64,000 nt of DNA from Trinickia sp. (GTDB taxonomy: Bacteria > Pseudomonadota > Gammaproteobacteria > Burkholderiales > Burkholderiaceae), in assembly GCF_036503415.1 (NCBI RefSeq), contig NZ_DASXWY010000180.1, positions 5,065 to 69,064 of the forward strand. Direction: 5' to 3'. Positions 49,160-60,839 of the stretch are shown piece by piece (within the stretch, counting starts at the first letter, position 1; every line of letters starts with the position of its first letter). The notes under the pieces were generated by a model, which worked only from the letters and a program-made list of their open reading frames with translations, had not been told where the DNA came from and did not search any database. Made by a program: the position numbers and the translations under genes.

Positions 49160-49313
49160 GGCGGATCGGGAAAATGGACCGTTTGGGCTCGCGCATCAGC
49201 GGCGAGGTCGTCATCCATTGTACAAAGCCGGCCGGCGCGGCGCTGCAGGCTCGGCGTATCATCGCGACGAGGCCCGGGGTGAAGGCAGGCCCCGTAGCAA
49301 AACAGAGGAAGAT

Positions 49314-50018
49314 ATGAAGGCGAAGTGGCAACAGGTAAGACGTGCGGTCGCGCCGGTCTGCGCCGTGTCGGCATTGACGTTGGCGGGGTGTACGACCTAC
49401 GTGAGCTCGCAGGTCACGGCTTTTTCGGAATGGAGCGGCAGCGACGCAACGCGGACTTATTCATTCGACCGCACCCCGGCGCAGCAAAACAGCCTCGAGC
49501 AAGCGACCTACGAGCAACTCGTTGCCTCCGAGCTCGATCGTTATGCGTTCCGGCGTGTACCGCGTACCGACGCACATTATCTCGTGGGACTCGGTTACAA
49601 GACCGATGCCGGCGCGATGACTGTCACGCAGCCGGTCTACTATGGGAACCCCTGGCCGGGCCCGTTCTGGCGGCCCATGGGCCCGTTTGGGCCCTTTGGC
49701 GGGTTCCCGCCGGATTATGTGAGCCAAACCTATCCGGTCTACACGCATACGCTGGGCGTGCGGATCACCGAGCGCTCGACAGGCCGGGAAGTCTACAACG
49801 TCACCGCGCGCACAACGAACGATGAGCCCTCGCTAGTGCAGGCCATGCCTTATCTTGCCCGCAGCGCGTTGGCCGATTTCCCGCTCGGCAACGGGGTCGT
49901 GCGCACGGTGCGCATACCCGTCGATTCGCATGGCGGCGCGGCGTCGAACGAGGTGCCGGTCGCACCGCCGGCAACAGGCCGCGCTCCTGCTGCAGCATCC
50001 GTCCCGGCGGCGCAATAG
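49314..50018 (+). CDS. DUF4136-like lipoprotein
   Basis: Lipobox LAG-C; GAGG RBS; Pro/Gly/Trp-rich loop; HTLGVRITERSTGREVYNV. Confidence 0.75.
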   Translation: MKAKWQQVRRAVAPVCAVSALTLAGCTTYVSSQVTAFSEWSGSDATRTYSFDRTPAQQNSLEQATYEQLVASELDRYAFRRVPRTDAHYLVGLGYKTDAGAMTVTQPVYYGNPWPGPFWRPMGPFGPFGGFPPDYVSQTYPVYTHTLGVRITERSTGREVYNVTARTTNDEPSLVQAMPYLARSALADFPLGNGVVRTVRIPVDSHGGAASNEVPVAPPATGRAPAAASVPAAQ

Positions 50019-50061
50019 CATCGTCACGGCCGCCTGCTTTCGCCGCGGCCGTCCGCGCCCG

Positions 50062-50634
50062 TCAAACCGTTCCGCGCACCAGCCCGAGCACCCCGAGCAC
50101 GATGAACAGGACGGCTGCGATCACATGCACGGTGCGTGTCGGCAGACGGTGAGCGAAGCGCTCGCCGAGCAGGATGGCCGGCACGTTGGCCAGCATCATG
50201 CCGAGGGTGGTGCCGGCCACCACGCCGATGAAGTCGTGAAATCGTGCGGCCAGCGCGACGGTCGCGATCTGCGTCTTGTCGCCCATTTCAGCCAGAAAGA
50301 ACGTGACGAGGGTGGCGCCGAAGACGCCAAGCCGGCCGCGCGCGACGTTTGCCTCGTTTGCATCGAGCTTGTCGGGTATCAGCACCCAGATGCCCATGGC
50401 GATGAACGAGATCGTCAATGCCCAACGCATGACCGTCGGCGTGACGAGCGCGCCGAGCCAATTCCCGATTGCGCCGGCGCCCGCATGGTTGGCCAGCGTA
50501 GCGACGAGCACGCCGAGCATGATCGGAATGGGCTTGCGGTAGCGGGCCGCAAGGACTAGGGAGAGCAATTGAGTCTTGTCGCCGATTTCAGCGAGCGCGA
50601 CGGCGCCGGTCGAGATCAGAAAGGCTTGGTCCAC
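50062..50634 (-). CDS. TMEM165/GDT1 (UPF0016) Mn2+/Ca2+ exporter
   Basis: Two EXGDKTQ motifs (AEIGDKTQ, AEMGDKTQ); GTG start. Confidence 0.93.
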   Translation of the reverse strand: MDQAFLISTGAVALAEIGDKTQLLSLVLAARYRKPIPIMLGVLVATLANHAGAGAIGNWLGALVTPTVMRWALTISFIAMGIWVLIPDKLDANEANVARGRLGVFGATLVTFFLAEMGDKTQIATVALAARFHDFIGVVAGTTLGMMLANVPAILLGERFAHRLPTRTVHVIAAVLFIVLGVLGLVRGTV

Positions 50635-50711
50635 GTTGTTGGTTCTTCCCGGGCCGAGATGTGTACGAGCGACGACCCGCGGCGACACCGGGCCCATAAA
50701 CGGCGCGCGTG

Positions 50712-50845
50712 CGGGTCATCGGTCTCGCCAGGCCCGAGGCTGCATCCGCCATGGCCGTAGGCCAAGTCTGTTGACGGATGCCCCCGCCGCGCTCGGCATG
50801 ACCGGTGAACCGGCGCGAAGCGGCGGGGCGGCTACTCCCCAATGA
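50712..50845 (-). promoter_or_regulatory. yybP-ykoY manganese riboswitch
   Basis: Minus strand GGGGAGTAG...CGTCAACAGAC...GGCGAGACC, upstream of a UPF0016 gene. Boundaries approximate. Confidence 0.85.
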
Positions 50846-50920
50846 GGGACGGATTCTAACACAGGCGCGGCGCTGGGCCGCGGAACCGGGCGGCCGGGCA
50901 GCCTCGCGTCGCGCCGGCGT

Positions 50921-52276
50921 TCAGTGGGCGGCGAGCGCGCGTCGGCGGCGCGCATCGTCGTCGCGGCGATGTACGCATCGGCCTGCCACATAGGTCTCGA
51001 ATACTGCGCGATCGTCGCCGAGCAAGGCGAACGCGAACAGTCGTTCCTCGAGCGACTCGGCACGCTGCATACGCCGCTCGAGCAGCGGTGTGGCCTGCGG
51101 ATCGAGCACGATGAAATCGGCTTCGGTCTGCGGCGCCAGCGTGCCGATGGTCCCGTCCAGATCGAGAGCCTGCGCGGCACCGGCCGTGGCGAGCCAGAAC
51201 ATGCGCGTCGCGCTGAGGTGATGCCCGCTCAGACGCGCGACTTTATGCGCTTCGTTCATCGTCCGCAGCATGGAGAAAGCGGTGCCCCCGCCCACGTCGG
51301 TGCCGAGCGTCACCGCCATGCCATGCGCGCCTGCCTTGGCAATATCGAACAGACCGCTGCCGAGAAAGAGATTCGATGTCGGGCAATGCGAAGCGACGGC
51401 TCCGCTCTCGGCCATGCGAGCCCGATCGCGATCGTCGAAATGAATGCAGTGCCCATAAATCGCACGGCGGCGCAGCAGTCCATGGCGATCGTAGACATCG
51501 AGATAACTGCGATAACCCGGGTAGAGCGCGGCCACCCACTTGATCTCGTCGACGTTCTCGGCGACGTGCGTCTGAACGAATACGTCCGGATGGGCTTGCG
51601 CGAGCGCGCCGCATGCTTGCAGCTGCTCGGGCGTCGATGTCGGCGCGAAACGCGGAGTGAGCGCGTAGAGCTGCCGCCCTTTGCCGTGCCAGCGCGCGAT
51701 CAGCTCAGCGCTGTCGTCATAGCCCGATTGCGCGGTGTCGCGCAGGAATTCGGGGCAATTGCGGTCCATCAACACCTTGCCCGCGATCATGCGCAACTGC
51801 CGCGCTTCGCTCGCGGCGAAGAATGCGTCGACCGATTCCTTGTGCACGGTGCAGTAGACGAGCGCGGTCGTCGTGCCGCAAGCGAGCAGCTCCTCGAGGA
51901 AAAAGTCCGCGGTTTCCCGCGCCGATGCCGCGTCGGAAAAACGCCGTTCCGTCGGGAACGTGTAGTGCTCGAGCCAGGGGAGAAGGCCGGACGCCGGTGA
52001 GGCGATCATGTCCGTCTGCGGGTAGTGCACGTGCGTATCGATGAAGCCCGGTACGATCAGCTTGCCGGTGAGGTCGCGCAACTGCGTGTCGGGCGTCAAT
52101 TGGTCTGCAAGCGCGGCGTAGCTGCCTTTTGCGACCACATGCCCCGCTTCGACGATGAGCAGTCCGTCTTCTTCGAAGCGGGCCGCATCGTCGGATTCGG
52201 CTGGATCGCCGGCGAAGCCGAGCAGCATGGCGCGATAGGCGGTGCGTCCCACACCGTGCTTGTCGATTGGGCTCAT
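50921..52276 (-). CDS. guaD: Guanine deaminase
   Basis: PGFIDTHVHYPQ; TPRFAPTS; QTHVAEN; HCPTSNLFLGSG; GTDVGGG. Confidence 0.96.
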   Translation of the reverse strand: MSPIDKHGVGRTAYRAMLLGFAGDPAESDDAARFEEDGLLIVEAGHVVAKGSYAALADQLTPDTQLRDLTGKLIVPGFIDTHVHYPQTDMIASPASGLLPWLEHYTFPTERRFSDAASARETADFFLEELLACGTTTALVYCTVHKESVDAFFAASEARQLRMIAGKVLMDRNCPEFLRDTAQSGYDDSAELIARWHGKGRQLYALTPRFAPTSTPEQLQACGALAQAHPDVFVQTHVAENVDEIKWVAALYPGYRSYLDVYDRHGLLRRRAIYGHCIHFDDRDRARMAESGAVASHCPTSNLFLGSGLFDIAKAGAHGMAVTLGTDVGGGTAFSMLRTMNEAHKVARLSGHHLSATRMFWLATAGAAQALDLDGTIGTLAPQTEADFIVLDPQATPLLERRMQRAESLEERLFAFALLGDDRAVFETYVAGRCVHRRDDDARRRRALAAH

Positions 52277-52337
52277 GGTCGGAAATGTTCCTGTGCTGAA
52301 ACTGAAAAACGGCGCCGCATCGGTGCGGCGCGCACGT

Positions 52338-54423
<2,086 letters not shown>

Positions 54424-54439
54424 GCGGAGACGATCCTCT

Positions 54440-56806
54440 TCAGGCAGTGCTTGCTGTGCGACCCAACGCGCAGATGGCCGCGAGGATCGCTTCGGGCGTC
54501 GCCGGCGCGCGCAGCGGCGGGGCCGAGCGCGCGTGCGGGGCGGCCGCGGCGACGGCGTCGCGGATGGCCAGAAAAACCGAGAAGGCGAGCAGCAGTGGCG
54601 GCTCGCCGACGGCCTTCGAACGGAATACGGTCGGCTCCACGTTTTCGTTCCGATAAAGGGCGACGTGAAACGCGGCCGGCGTATCGCTGATCGCGGGGAT
54701 TTTATAGGTCGACGGGGCGTGGGTCATGAGCCGTCCATCAGCGTTCCACCAGAGTTCTTCGGTCGTCAGCCAGCCCATGCCCTGGATGAATCCCCCTTCG
54801 ACCTGCCCGAGATCGATCGCCGGGTTGATCGATCGGCCCGCATCGTGCAGCAAATCGGCACGCAGGAGCTTCCATTCGCCGGTCAGGGTGTCGACGACCA
54901 CTTCCGATACCGCGGCACCGTACGCAAAGTAGTAGAACGGGTGCCCCGTCAGCGTTTTCGCATCCCAATGCACTTTCGGGGTGGCGTAAAAACCGTCCGA
55001 CCAGAGTTGCACGCGGGCGAGGTAGGCCTCGTTTACCAACTGCGCGAAGGGCAACGATGCACCATCGAGCGATACGCAGCCGTTGGCGAAGATCGCATCG
55101 CCCGGCTGGCCGCCGAGCAGCCGCGCCGCCATTTCGGCCAAGCGCGCGCGGATGGTTTGCGCAGCCGCTTCGGCGGCCTTGCCGTTCAGGTCGCTGCCGG
55201 TCGAAGCCGCCGTGGCCGACGTATTGGCGACTTTCGACGTGTCCGTCGCCGTCACGCGCACCTGCTCGAGCGGCAGCCCCAGCACATGCGCGACGACTTG
55301 TGCCACTTTCGTATTGAGGCCCTGGCCCATCTCCGTGCCGCCGTGATTGACGAGTACGGAGCCGTCCCGATAGACGTGCACGAGCGCGCCGGCCTGATTG
55401 AGGAACGGCACGTTGAACGAGATGCCGAACTTGACCGGCGTGATCGCAATGCCGCGTTTGAGCACGGGGCTCGCTTCGTTGAATGCCGCGAGCGCCGCGC
55501 GGCGCTCGCGATAGTCGCTCGATTCGAGCAGTTGCGCAGTCAGCGGAGCAAGGATGTTGTCGTCGACGCGTTGGCCGTACGGCGTGACGTCCCGCTCGCC
55601 GATGCCGTAGAAATTGGCCAGACGGACATCGAGCGGGTCCCGCCCGAGCGCGCGCGCGATATCGTCGATCATGACTTCGGTCACGAGCGCGCCTTGCGGC
55701 CCCCCGAAGCCGCGAAACGCGGTATTCGATTGCGTGTTCGTCTTGCAGGCCAGCGCCGCGATTTCGACATCGGACAAATAGTAGGCGTTGTCGACGTGAC
55801 AGACCGCGCGCGTGGCGACGGCTCCCGAGAGATCCGCCGAATAGCCGGCGCGCAATGCAATTTCGACGCGCGCGCCCGCGATGCGGCCTTCGCTATCGAA
55901 GCCAACCTCGTATCGGTAGACGGCGTCGTGGCGCTTGCCCGTTATCAGAAAATCGTCGTCGCGGTCTGCGCGTAGTTTGACGGGCCGCTTGAGCTTTGAA
56001 GCGGCGAGCGCGGCAATACAGACGAACACGGCCGACTGCGACTCCTTCCCGCCAAAGCCCCCGCCCATGCGCCGGCATTCGCACAGGACGCGATGCGCGG
56101 GCCAGCCGAGCATATGCGCGACGACCTGCTGCATTTCGCTCGGATGCTGCGTCGAGCTATAGACGAGCATGCCGGCGCCTTCCTTCGGAACGGCATAGGC
56201 GATTTGCCCTTCGAGATAGAACTGTTCCTGTCCGCCGACTTCGAACTCGCCTGTCAACCGGTGCGGTGCGGCGGCAATCCTGGCCGCGGGATCGCCTCGC
56301 ACGAGATGCAGCGGAGGCAGCACGTACTGCTGGCGATCGCGGGCCGCTTGCGCGGTCAGCACGGCCTCCAGCGGTTCGTAGCGCACGATGTCGCCGCTTT
56401 TGGCGAGCGCCGCGGCTTGCCGCGCGAGGTCGCGGCTCGTCGCGATCACGGCAAAAACGGGTTGCCCGAGATAGGAGACGGTGCCCTCGGCAAGGATCGG
56501 ATCGTCGTGAAGGACCGGGCCACAGTTGTTTTCGCCGGGGATATCGGCCGCCGTCAATACCGCGACCACGCCCGGGGCAGCCCTCACGGTTTCGAGATCG
56601 AGCGAGACGATGTGCGCATGCGCGTGGCGCGATAAGCCGAGCGCGACATGGAGCGTGCCGGCGAACTCCGGCAGATCGTCGGTGTAGGCGGCTTCGCCGC
56701 TCACATGCAATTCGGCCGATTCGTGCGGGCGCGCCACGCCGATCGCGGCGCTCGGCTGGGAAGCCGTCCCCATGCGTTCGGCGGATGCTTCGGTCATCAG
56801 ATTCAT
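54440..56806 (-). CDS. xdhB: Xanthine dehydrogenase molybdopterin-binding subunit
   Basis: GGQEQFYLE; RRMGGGFGGKESQ; AFRGFGGPQG; SKAVGEPP. Confidence 0.97.
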   Translation of the reverse strand: MNLMTEASAERMGTASQPSAAIGVARPHESAELHVSGEAAYTDDLPEFAGTLHVALGLSRHAHAHIVSLDLETVRAAPGVVAVLTAADIPGENNCGPVLHDDPILAEGTVSYLGQPVFAVIATSRDLARQAAALAKSGDIVRYEPLEAVLTAQAARDRQQYVLPPLHLVRGDPAARIAAAPHRLTGEFEVGGQEQFYLEGQIAYAVPKEGAGMLVYSSTQHPSEMQQVVAHMLGWPAHRVLCECRRMGGGFGGKESQSAVFVCIAALAASKLKRPVKLRADRDDDFLITGKRHDAVYRYEVGFDSEGRIAGARVEIALRAGYSADLSGAVATRAVCHVDNAYYLSDVEIAALACKTNTQSNTAFRGFGGPQGALVTEVMIDDIARALGRDPLDVRLANFYGIGERDVTPYGQRVDDNILAPLTAQLLESSDYRERRAALAAFNEASPVLKRGIAITPVKFGISFNVPFLNQAGALVHVYRDGSVLVNHGGTEMGQGLNTKVAQVVAHVLGLPLEQVRVTATDTSKVANTSATAASTGSDLNGKAAEAAAQTIRARLAEMAARLLGGQPGDAIFANGCVSLDGASLPFAQLVNEAYLARVQLWSDGFYATPKVHWDAKTLTGHPFYYFAYGAAVSEVVVDTLTGEWKLLRADLLHDAGRSINPAIDLGQVEGGFIQGMGWLTTEELWWNADGRLMTHAPSTYKIPAISDTPAAFHVALYRNENVEPTVFRSKAVGEPPLLLAFSVFLAIRDAVAAAAPHARSAPPLRAPATPEAILAAICALGRTASTA

Positions 56807-58338
56807 CGCATCTCCTTGGCCGGTCGGGCGGTGGGCTCGAACGAGAACGCTTCGACCTCGCTTGCTGCCAACGGCGCCTCGTCGCGCGTTTCGAGATGAA
56901 AGCGCCAGAGCAGATTACGGGCGACGGTCATACGGTAGGTATTCGATGCGCGCATATCGGTGAGCGGCACGAAGTCCTGTTCGAGCGCATTCATGGCGCG
57001 TTGCGCGCTCGCCTCGTCCCACACCTCGCCGACGAGCGCGGCTTCGGCACTGGCCGCACGCTGTGGGGTCGCGGCCATGCCGCCGAAGGCGATACGCGCC
57101 GAGACGATTTTTCCGTTGTCGATTTCGAGTGCGAATGCGCCGCATACCGCCGAGATATCCTGATCGTAGCGCTTCGACACCTTGTACGTACGAAATCGCA
57201 GCTGGGCCCGCGGGAGCGGTACACGAACGGCGGCGAGGAATTCGCCCGGCTCGAGTGCCGTCTTCTGATAGCCGAGATAGAACGCGTCGAGCGCAAGCGT
57301 GCGGGAAGCCTTGTCCCGCCGCAACACGACCTGCGCGCCGAGCGCGATCAAAGCCGGCATCGAATCGCCGATGGGCGAGCCGTTCGCGACGTTGCCGCCG
57401 AGCGTGCCCGCATTGCGTATCGGCAGCGACGCGAAGCGCCGTGCCAGCTCGGCGAGCGCGGGGTACTCGCCGACGAGCGCGGCGTAGGCGTCCTCGAGCG
57501 AGGCGGCGGCGCCGATGGTGAGCATCGATGCGTCGCGCTCGATGCGCTTCAGTTCCTCGACGTTGCCGATATAGAGCAGATCGCCGAGGCCGCGCATTTG
57601 CTTCGTCACCCAGAGCCCGACGTCCGTGCTGCCCGCGAGCACGCATGCCTGGGGGTGTGCCGCGCGCAGGGCCGCGAATGCGTCGAGCGTCACCGGCGCG
57701 CGAAATGTCGTCGTGCCGGAGTCTGCAGTGTGCGTTTCGCGGCTCGCGTATTCGAACGTTTCGTCGCGGCGCAATGCGCGCAGCGCCGCGACGACGGGCG
57801 CGCGATCGAGCGCGGTGCGCGCATGGCGCCCGCCGTCGAACATGGCCTGTGCGGCCTCGACGATCGGCCGGTACCCGGTGCAGCGGCACAGATTGCCGGA
57901 CAGCGCGGTCGCGATTTCATCGCGCGAGGGCGCCTGGCTTTCTCCTTGCCGGTTTTCGTAGAGCGCCCACATCGACATGGCAAAGCCCGGCGTACAAAAA
58001 CCGCATTGCGATGCATGGCAATCGACGAGCGCGCGCTGCACGGGATGCAGCGTGCCATCCGGGCGGCGCAGGTCTTCGACCGTGAAAAGGGCGCGCGAAT
58101 CGAGCGTGGGCAGGAATTGAATGCAGGCGTTGACGGCCTTGAGCGCGAGCGCGCCGCGGGCGTCGAGTTCGCCGACGACCACCGTGCACGCGCCGCAGTC
58201 ACCCTCGGCGCAGCCCTCCTTGGTGCCCGTGCACTGGAGGTCTTCGCGCAAGTGCTGAAGCACGGTGCGGGTGGCCGGGGCGTCGTGCACTTCGTGAATC
58301 GCGCCGCGGTAGTAAAAGCGGATGGGATGCGTGGTCAT
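56803..58338 (-). CDS. xdhA: Xanthine dehydrogenase small subunit (2Fe-2S/FAD)
   Basis: GTKEGCAEGDCGAC; QCGFCTPG; GNLCRCTGY; SKRYDQDIS. Confidence 0.97.
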   Translation of the reverse strand: MTTHPIRFYYRGAIHEVHDAPATRTVLQHLREDLQCTGTKEGCAEGDCGACTVVVGELDARGALALKAVNACIQFLPTLDSRALFTVEDLRRPDGTLHPVQRALVDCHASQCGFCTPGFAMSMWALYENRQGESQAPSRDEIATALSGNLCRCTGYRPIVEAAQAMFDGGRHARTALDRAPVVAALRALRRDETFEYASRETHTADSGTTTFRAPVTLDAFAALRAAHPQACVLAGSTDVGLWVTKQMRGLGDLLYIGNVEELKRIERDASMLTIGAAASLEDAYAALVGEYPALAELARRFASLPIRNAGTLGGNVANGSPIGDSMPALIALGAQVVLRRDKASRTLALDAFYLGYQKTALEPGEFLAAVRVPLPRAQLRFRTYKVSKRYDQDISAVCGAFALEIDNGKIVSARIAFGGMAATPQRAASAEAALVGEVWDEASAQRAMNALEQDFVPLTDMRASNTYRMTVARNLLWRFHLETRDEAPLAASEVEAFSFEPTARPAKEMR

Positions 58339-58603
58339 GGCCGAATCCTGGAGTTGCGGATCAGGCGCGCGTTACGCTTCGTACCGGCAACGGCCGGCTC
58401 GCGCACGTGGATCGCCATCCAGAGCACAAGATAGCACCGCAATATGCGGCGAAGATCGTCCGGCGCTGATGGTCGCTATCAGCGCCAGCATAATTACGGC
58501 TCTACGATGCGCGGCACGCGTGGAAGTTGCAAGCCATCGCCGTGTTGCACCGCGAAGACGGCGGGGGGCGTGAGCCGGCCGCGTGTGTCGGCGCGCTCAG
58601 CGC

Positions 58604-59122
58604 TCAGACCGCATGCAGACGACCCTTGGCGCGCCGACGCCAGAGACTGGCGGCCACGGCGAGGAACGTCAGCACGAAGGCGACGAGCGCCCACCCGGGC
58701 AGCAGAAGACCGAGAATGGGCGGGTAAACCGTTTCGCACAGGCCCGCGACCTTGAACACGCTCGGCAGCCAATGGGCGGGCGGCAGGGCGTCGACGACGG
58801 GCTGCAGTGCATCGAATCCGCAGCTGAAGCCGGGATGGAGCTGGATGAAGAGGTGACGCACGGCGGTGCCGACGCCCGCGGCGGCGACGACCGCAATCAG
58901 TGTTTCGAACACGCGAACGCCTTGCCAGCCGCCGCGCGTTGCGCCGGCGAACGCCAGAATTGCGATCAGGATGAAGAAATAGCGCTGAATGATGCAAAGT
59001 GGGCAGGGATCTTCGCCCTTCGCGAACTGCAGATAAAGCGCGCCGCCGACGAGGCTCAGCGAGACGAGACCGAGCAGCACGAGTAGGCGGCGTTCGCGGC
59101 GCAGGGACAGGAGGTCGTTCAT
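58604..59122 (-). CDS. dsbB: Disulfide bond formation protein B
   Basis: Four TMs; CPLC motif; second Cys pair (SCG...GLCE). Confidence 0.93.
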   Translation of the reverse strand: MNDLLSLRRERRLLVLLGLVSLSLVGGALYLQFAKGEDPCPLCIIQRYFFILIAILAFAGATRGGWQGVRVFETLIAVVAAAGVGTAVRHLFIQLHPGFSCGFDALQPVVDALPPAHWLPSVFKVAGLCETVYPPILGLLLPGWALVAFVLTFLAVAASLWRRRAKGRLHAV

Positions 59123-59221
59123 GAAGCGTGGGCTCCGAGGGGCAAATCGCTGCATTTTAGTGTGAATTGCCGCAGCCAGTGGCATCGAGCGTGCGTGACG
59201 ATCCGCACGCCCTGAACCGGC

Positions 59222-60601
59222 TCAGCGAATCGAGTCGAGCACGCGTTCGACCGCGAGCGCCACGCCGAGGAGCGCGTCGTCGCGATGCGGTCCCGCGGCG
59301 AGCATCAGCCCCACGGGCGCGTCCCCGCGTGCGTGGCACGGCAGCGAAACGGCGCAGGCGTCCAGGACGTTGAACGTGCTCGGGTTACGCAGTACCAGCG
59401 CGTTGATGCGCGCATACGTTGCATCGTCGCGATCACAGTCTGCGACACGGGGCGGCGCGATCGGCACAGTCGGCGCGACGATCGCATCGAAGTGCTGCCA
59501 AAGGGTTTCTTCCGCGGCTTTCATGAGCGCTGCGCGCTCGGCGATGAGATCGAGGTAATCCGTCGCCCGGGCGCTTTCCCCTTTGAGAATCCGCGCGAGC
59601 ACGCGCGGATCGTAGCGCTCGCGCTGCGTGGCGATGTGCCCGCGATGCCAGGCGTAGGCCTCCATCGCCGAAAAGCCGAAACGGTTGATCTCGGGCAGGC
59701 GCTCGAGCGGTGCGAAATGGACATCGGAGAGGATCGCGCCGGCCGCTTCCAGGTGCTTGAGCGCTGTGTCGAGCGCTTGAGCGACGCTCGGCTCGACATC
59801 GTCGGTGACGTAGTGGGTCAGCACCCCGAGACGCACGCCTTCGAGCGGGCGCCGAGCGGGAACGCGCGGCTCGAGACCGGCGAGGATGCGATCGACGAGC
59901 GCACAGCAGGCCACGGATACGCCTATCGGCCCGAACGAATCGAGCGTGGTGGATAACGGCACGGCACCTTCGCGCGGAATACGGCTTGCGGTCGGCTTGA
60001 ACCCGGTCAGACCGCAAAATGCGGCCGGGATGCGGATCGAGCCGCCAGTGTCCGTGCTGAGCGCGACGGCGGCCATGCCGTCGGCGACCGACGCCCCTGC
60101 GCCCGACGACGAGCCGCCCGCGATGCGGGCCTCGCCCGGCTCGCCCCGACGGTACGGCGAGAGCGGCGTGCCGTAGTGCGGATTGAGGCCCAAGCCCGAA
60201 AACGCGAATTCGGACATGTTCGTGCGGCCGATGAGCACGGCGCCGGCGTTGCGCAAACGCGCCACGACGGGAGCGTCGGCTCGAGCCGGCGGCGCGTCGG
60301 CCAGCACGCGGGAGCTCGCGCGCGTGACCTGGCCCTTCACGTCGAACAGATCCTTGATCGAGACCGGGATGCCCGCGAGCGGGGACAGTACGGTCCCGGC
60401 GGCCCGCAGGCGATCGTGCGCGTCCGCGGCGGCACGTGCCGCTTCGGCATCCGCCTGCATGAAGACGGTCGAGCCTTGACCCGCCGGATCGCCAATGCGC
60501 TCGAGCGCGGTTTCGACGAGCACGCGGCTCGTCGTTTTACCGGTTGAGAGATCGTCGGCGAGGCGGGCGAGCGGAGGGAAGGGAGCGAATTCGGTGGCCA
60601 T
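59222..60601 (-). CDS. Amidase-signature family enzyme
   Basis: ISIKDLFDV; GRTNMSEFAFSG; GGSSSG; TDTGGSIRIPAA. Confidence 0.93.
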   Translation of the reverse strand: MATEFAPFPPLARLADDLSTGKTTSRVLVETALERIGDPAGQGSTVFMQADAEAARAAADAHDRLRAAGTVLSPLAGIPVSIKDLFDVKGQVTRASSRVLADAPPARADAPVVARLRNAGAVLIGRTNMSEFAFSGLGLNPHYGTPLSPYRRGEPGEARIAGGSSSGAGASVADGMAAVALSTDTGGSIRIPAAFCGLTGFKPTASRIPREGAVPLSTTLDSFGPIGVSVACCALVDRILAGLEPRVPARRPLEGVRLGVLTHYVTDDVEPSVAQALDTALKHLEAAGAILSDVHFAPLERLPEINRFGFSAMEAYAWHRGHIATQRERYDPRVLARILKGESARATDYLDLIAERAALMKAAEETLWQHFDAIVAPTVPIAPPRVADCDRDDATYARINALVLRNPSTFNVLDACAVSLPCHARGDAPVGLMLAAGPHRDDALLGVALAVERVLDSIR

Positions 60602-60839
60602 GGGGTGACGGTGTCGAGTCGGATGGGGGCATAGCGCACAGCATGCTGTAGGCATTGTAGCGGTGGCATGCGGCATGCGCAGGCAGGCGAGCCTGAGCGA
60701 AACAACCGGGTCGCACGGCGGGCGTCGCGGGGCCGCCGGCCCGCATCGATCCGCCACGATTGCCGCGACTTTGCACGGTGGCGGATAATGGGTGCTCTTT
60801 CATCGCTGTGCGTGCGACGCGCGCGCCTGTCCCATCGTC

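Noticed and set aside
55996-58434. Very long antisense or alternate-frame ORFs (e.g. 55996-58434, 47435-49282, 38446-39621, 30173-31447, 40723-42021)
   Set aside because: They shadow well-supported genes on the other strand or frame, are Arg/Ala/Pro-rich and lack motifs; expected in high-GC DNA.
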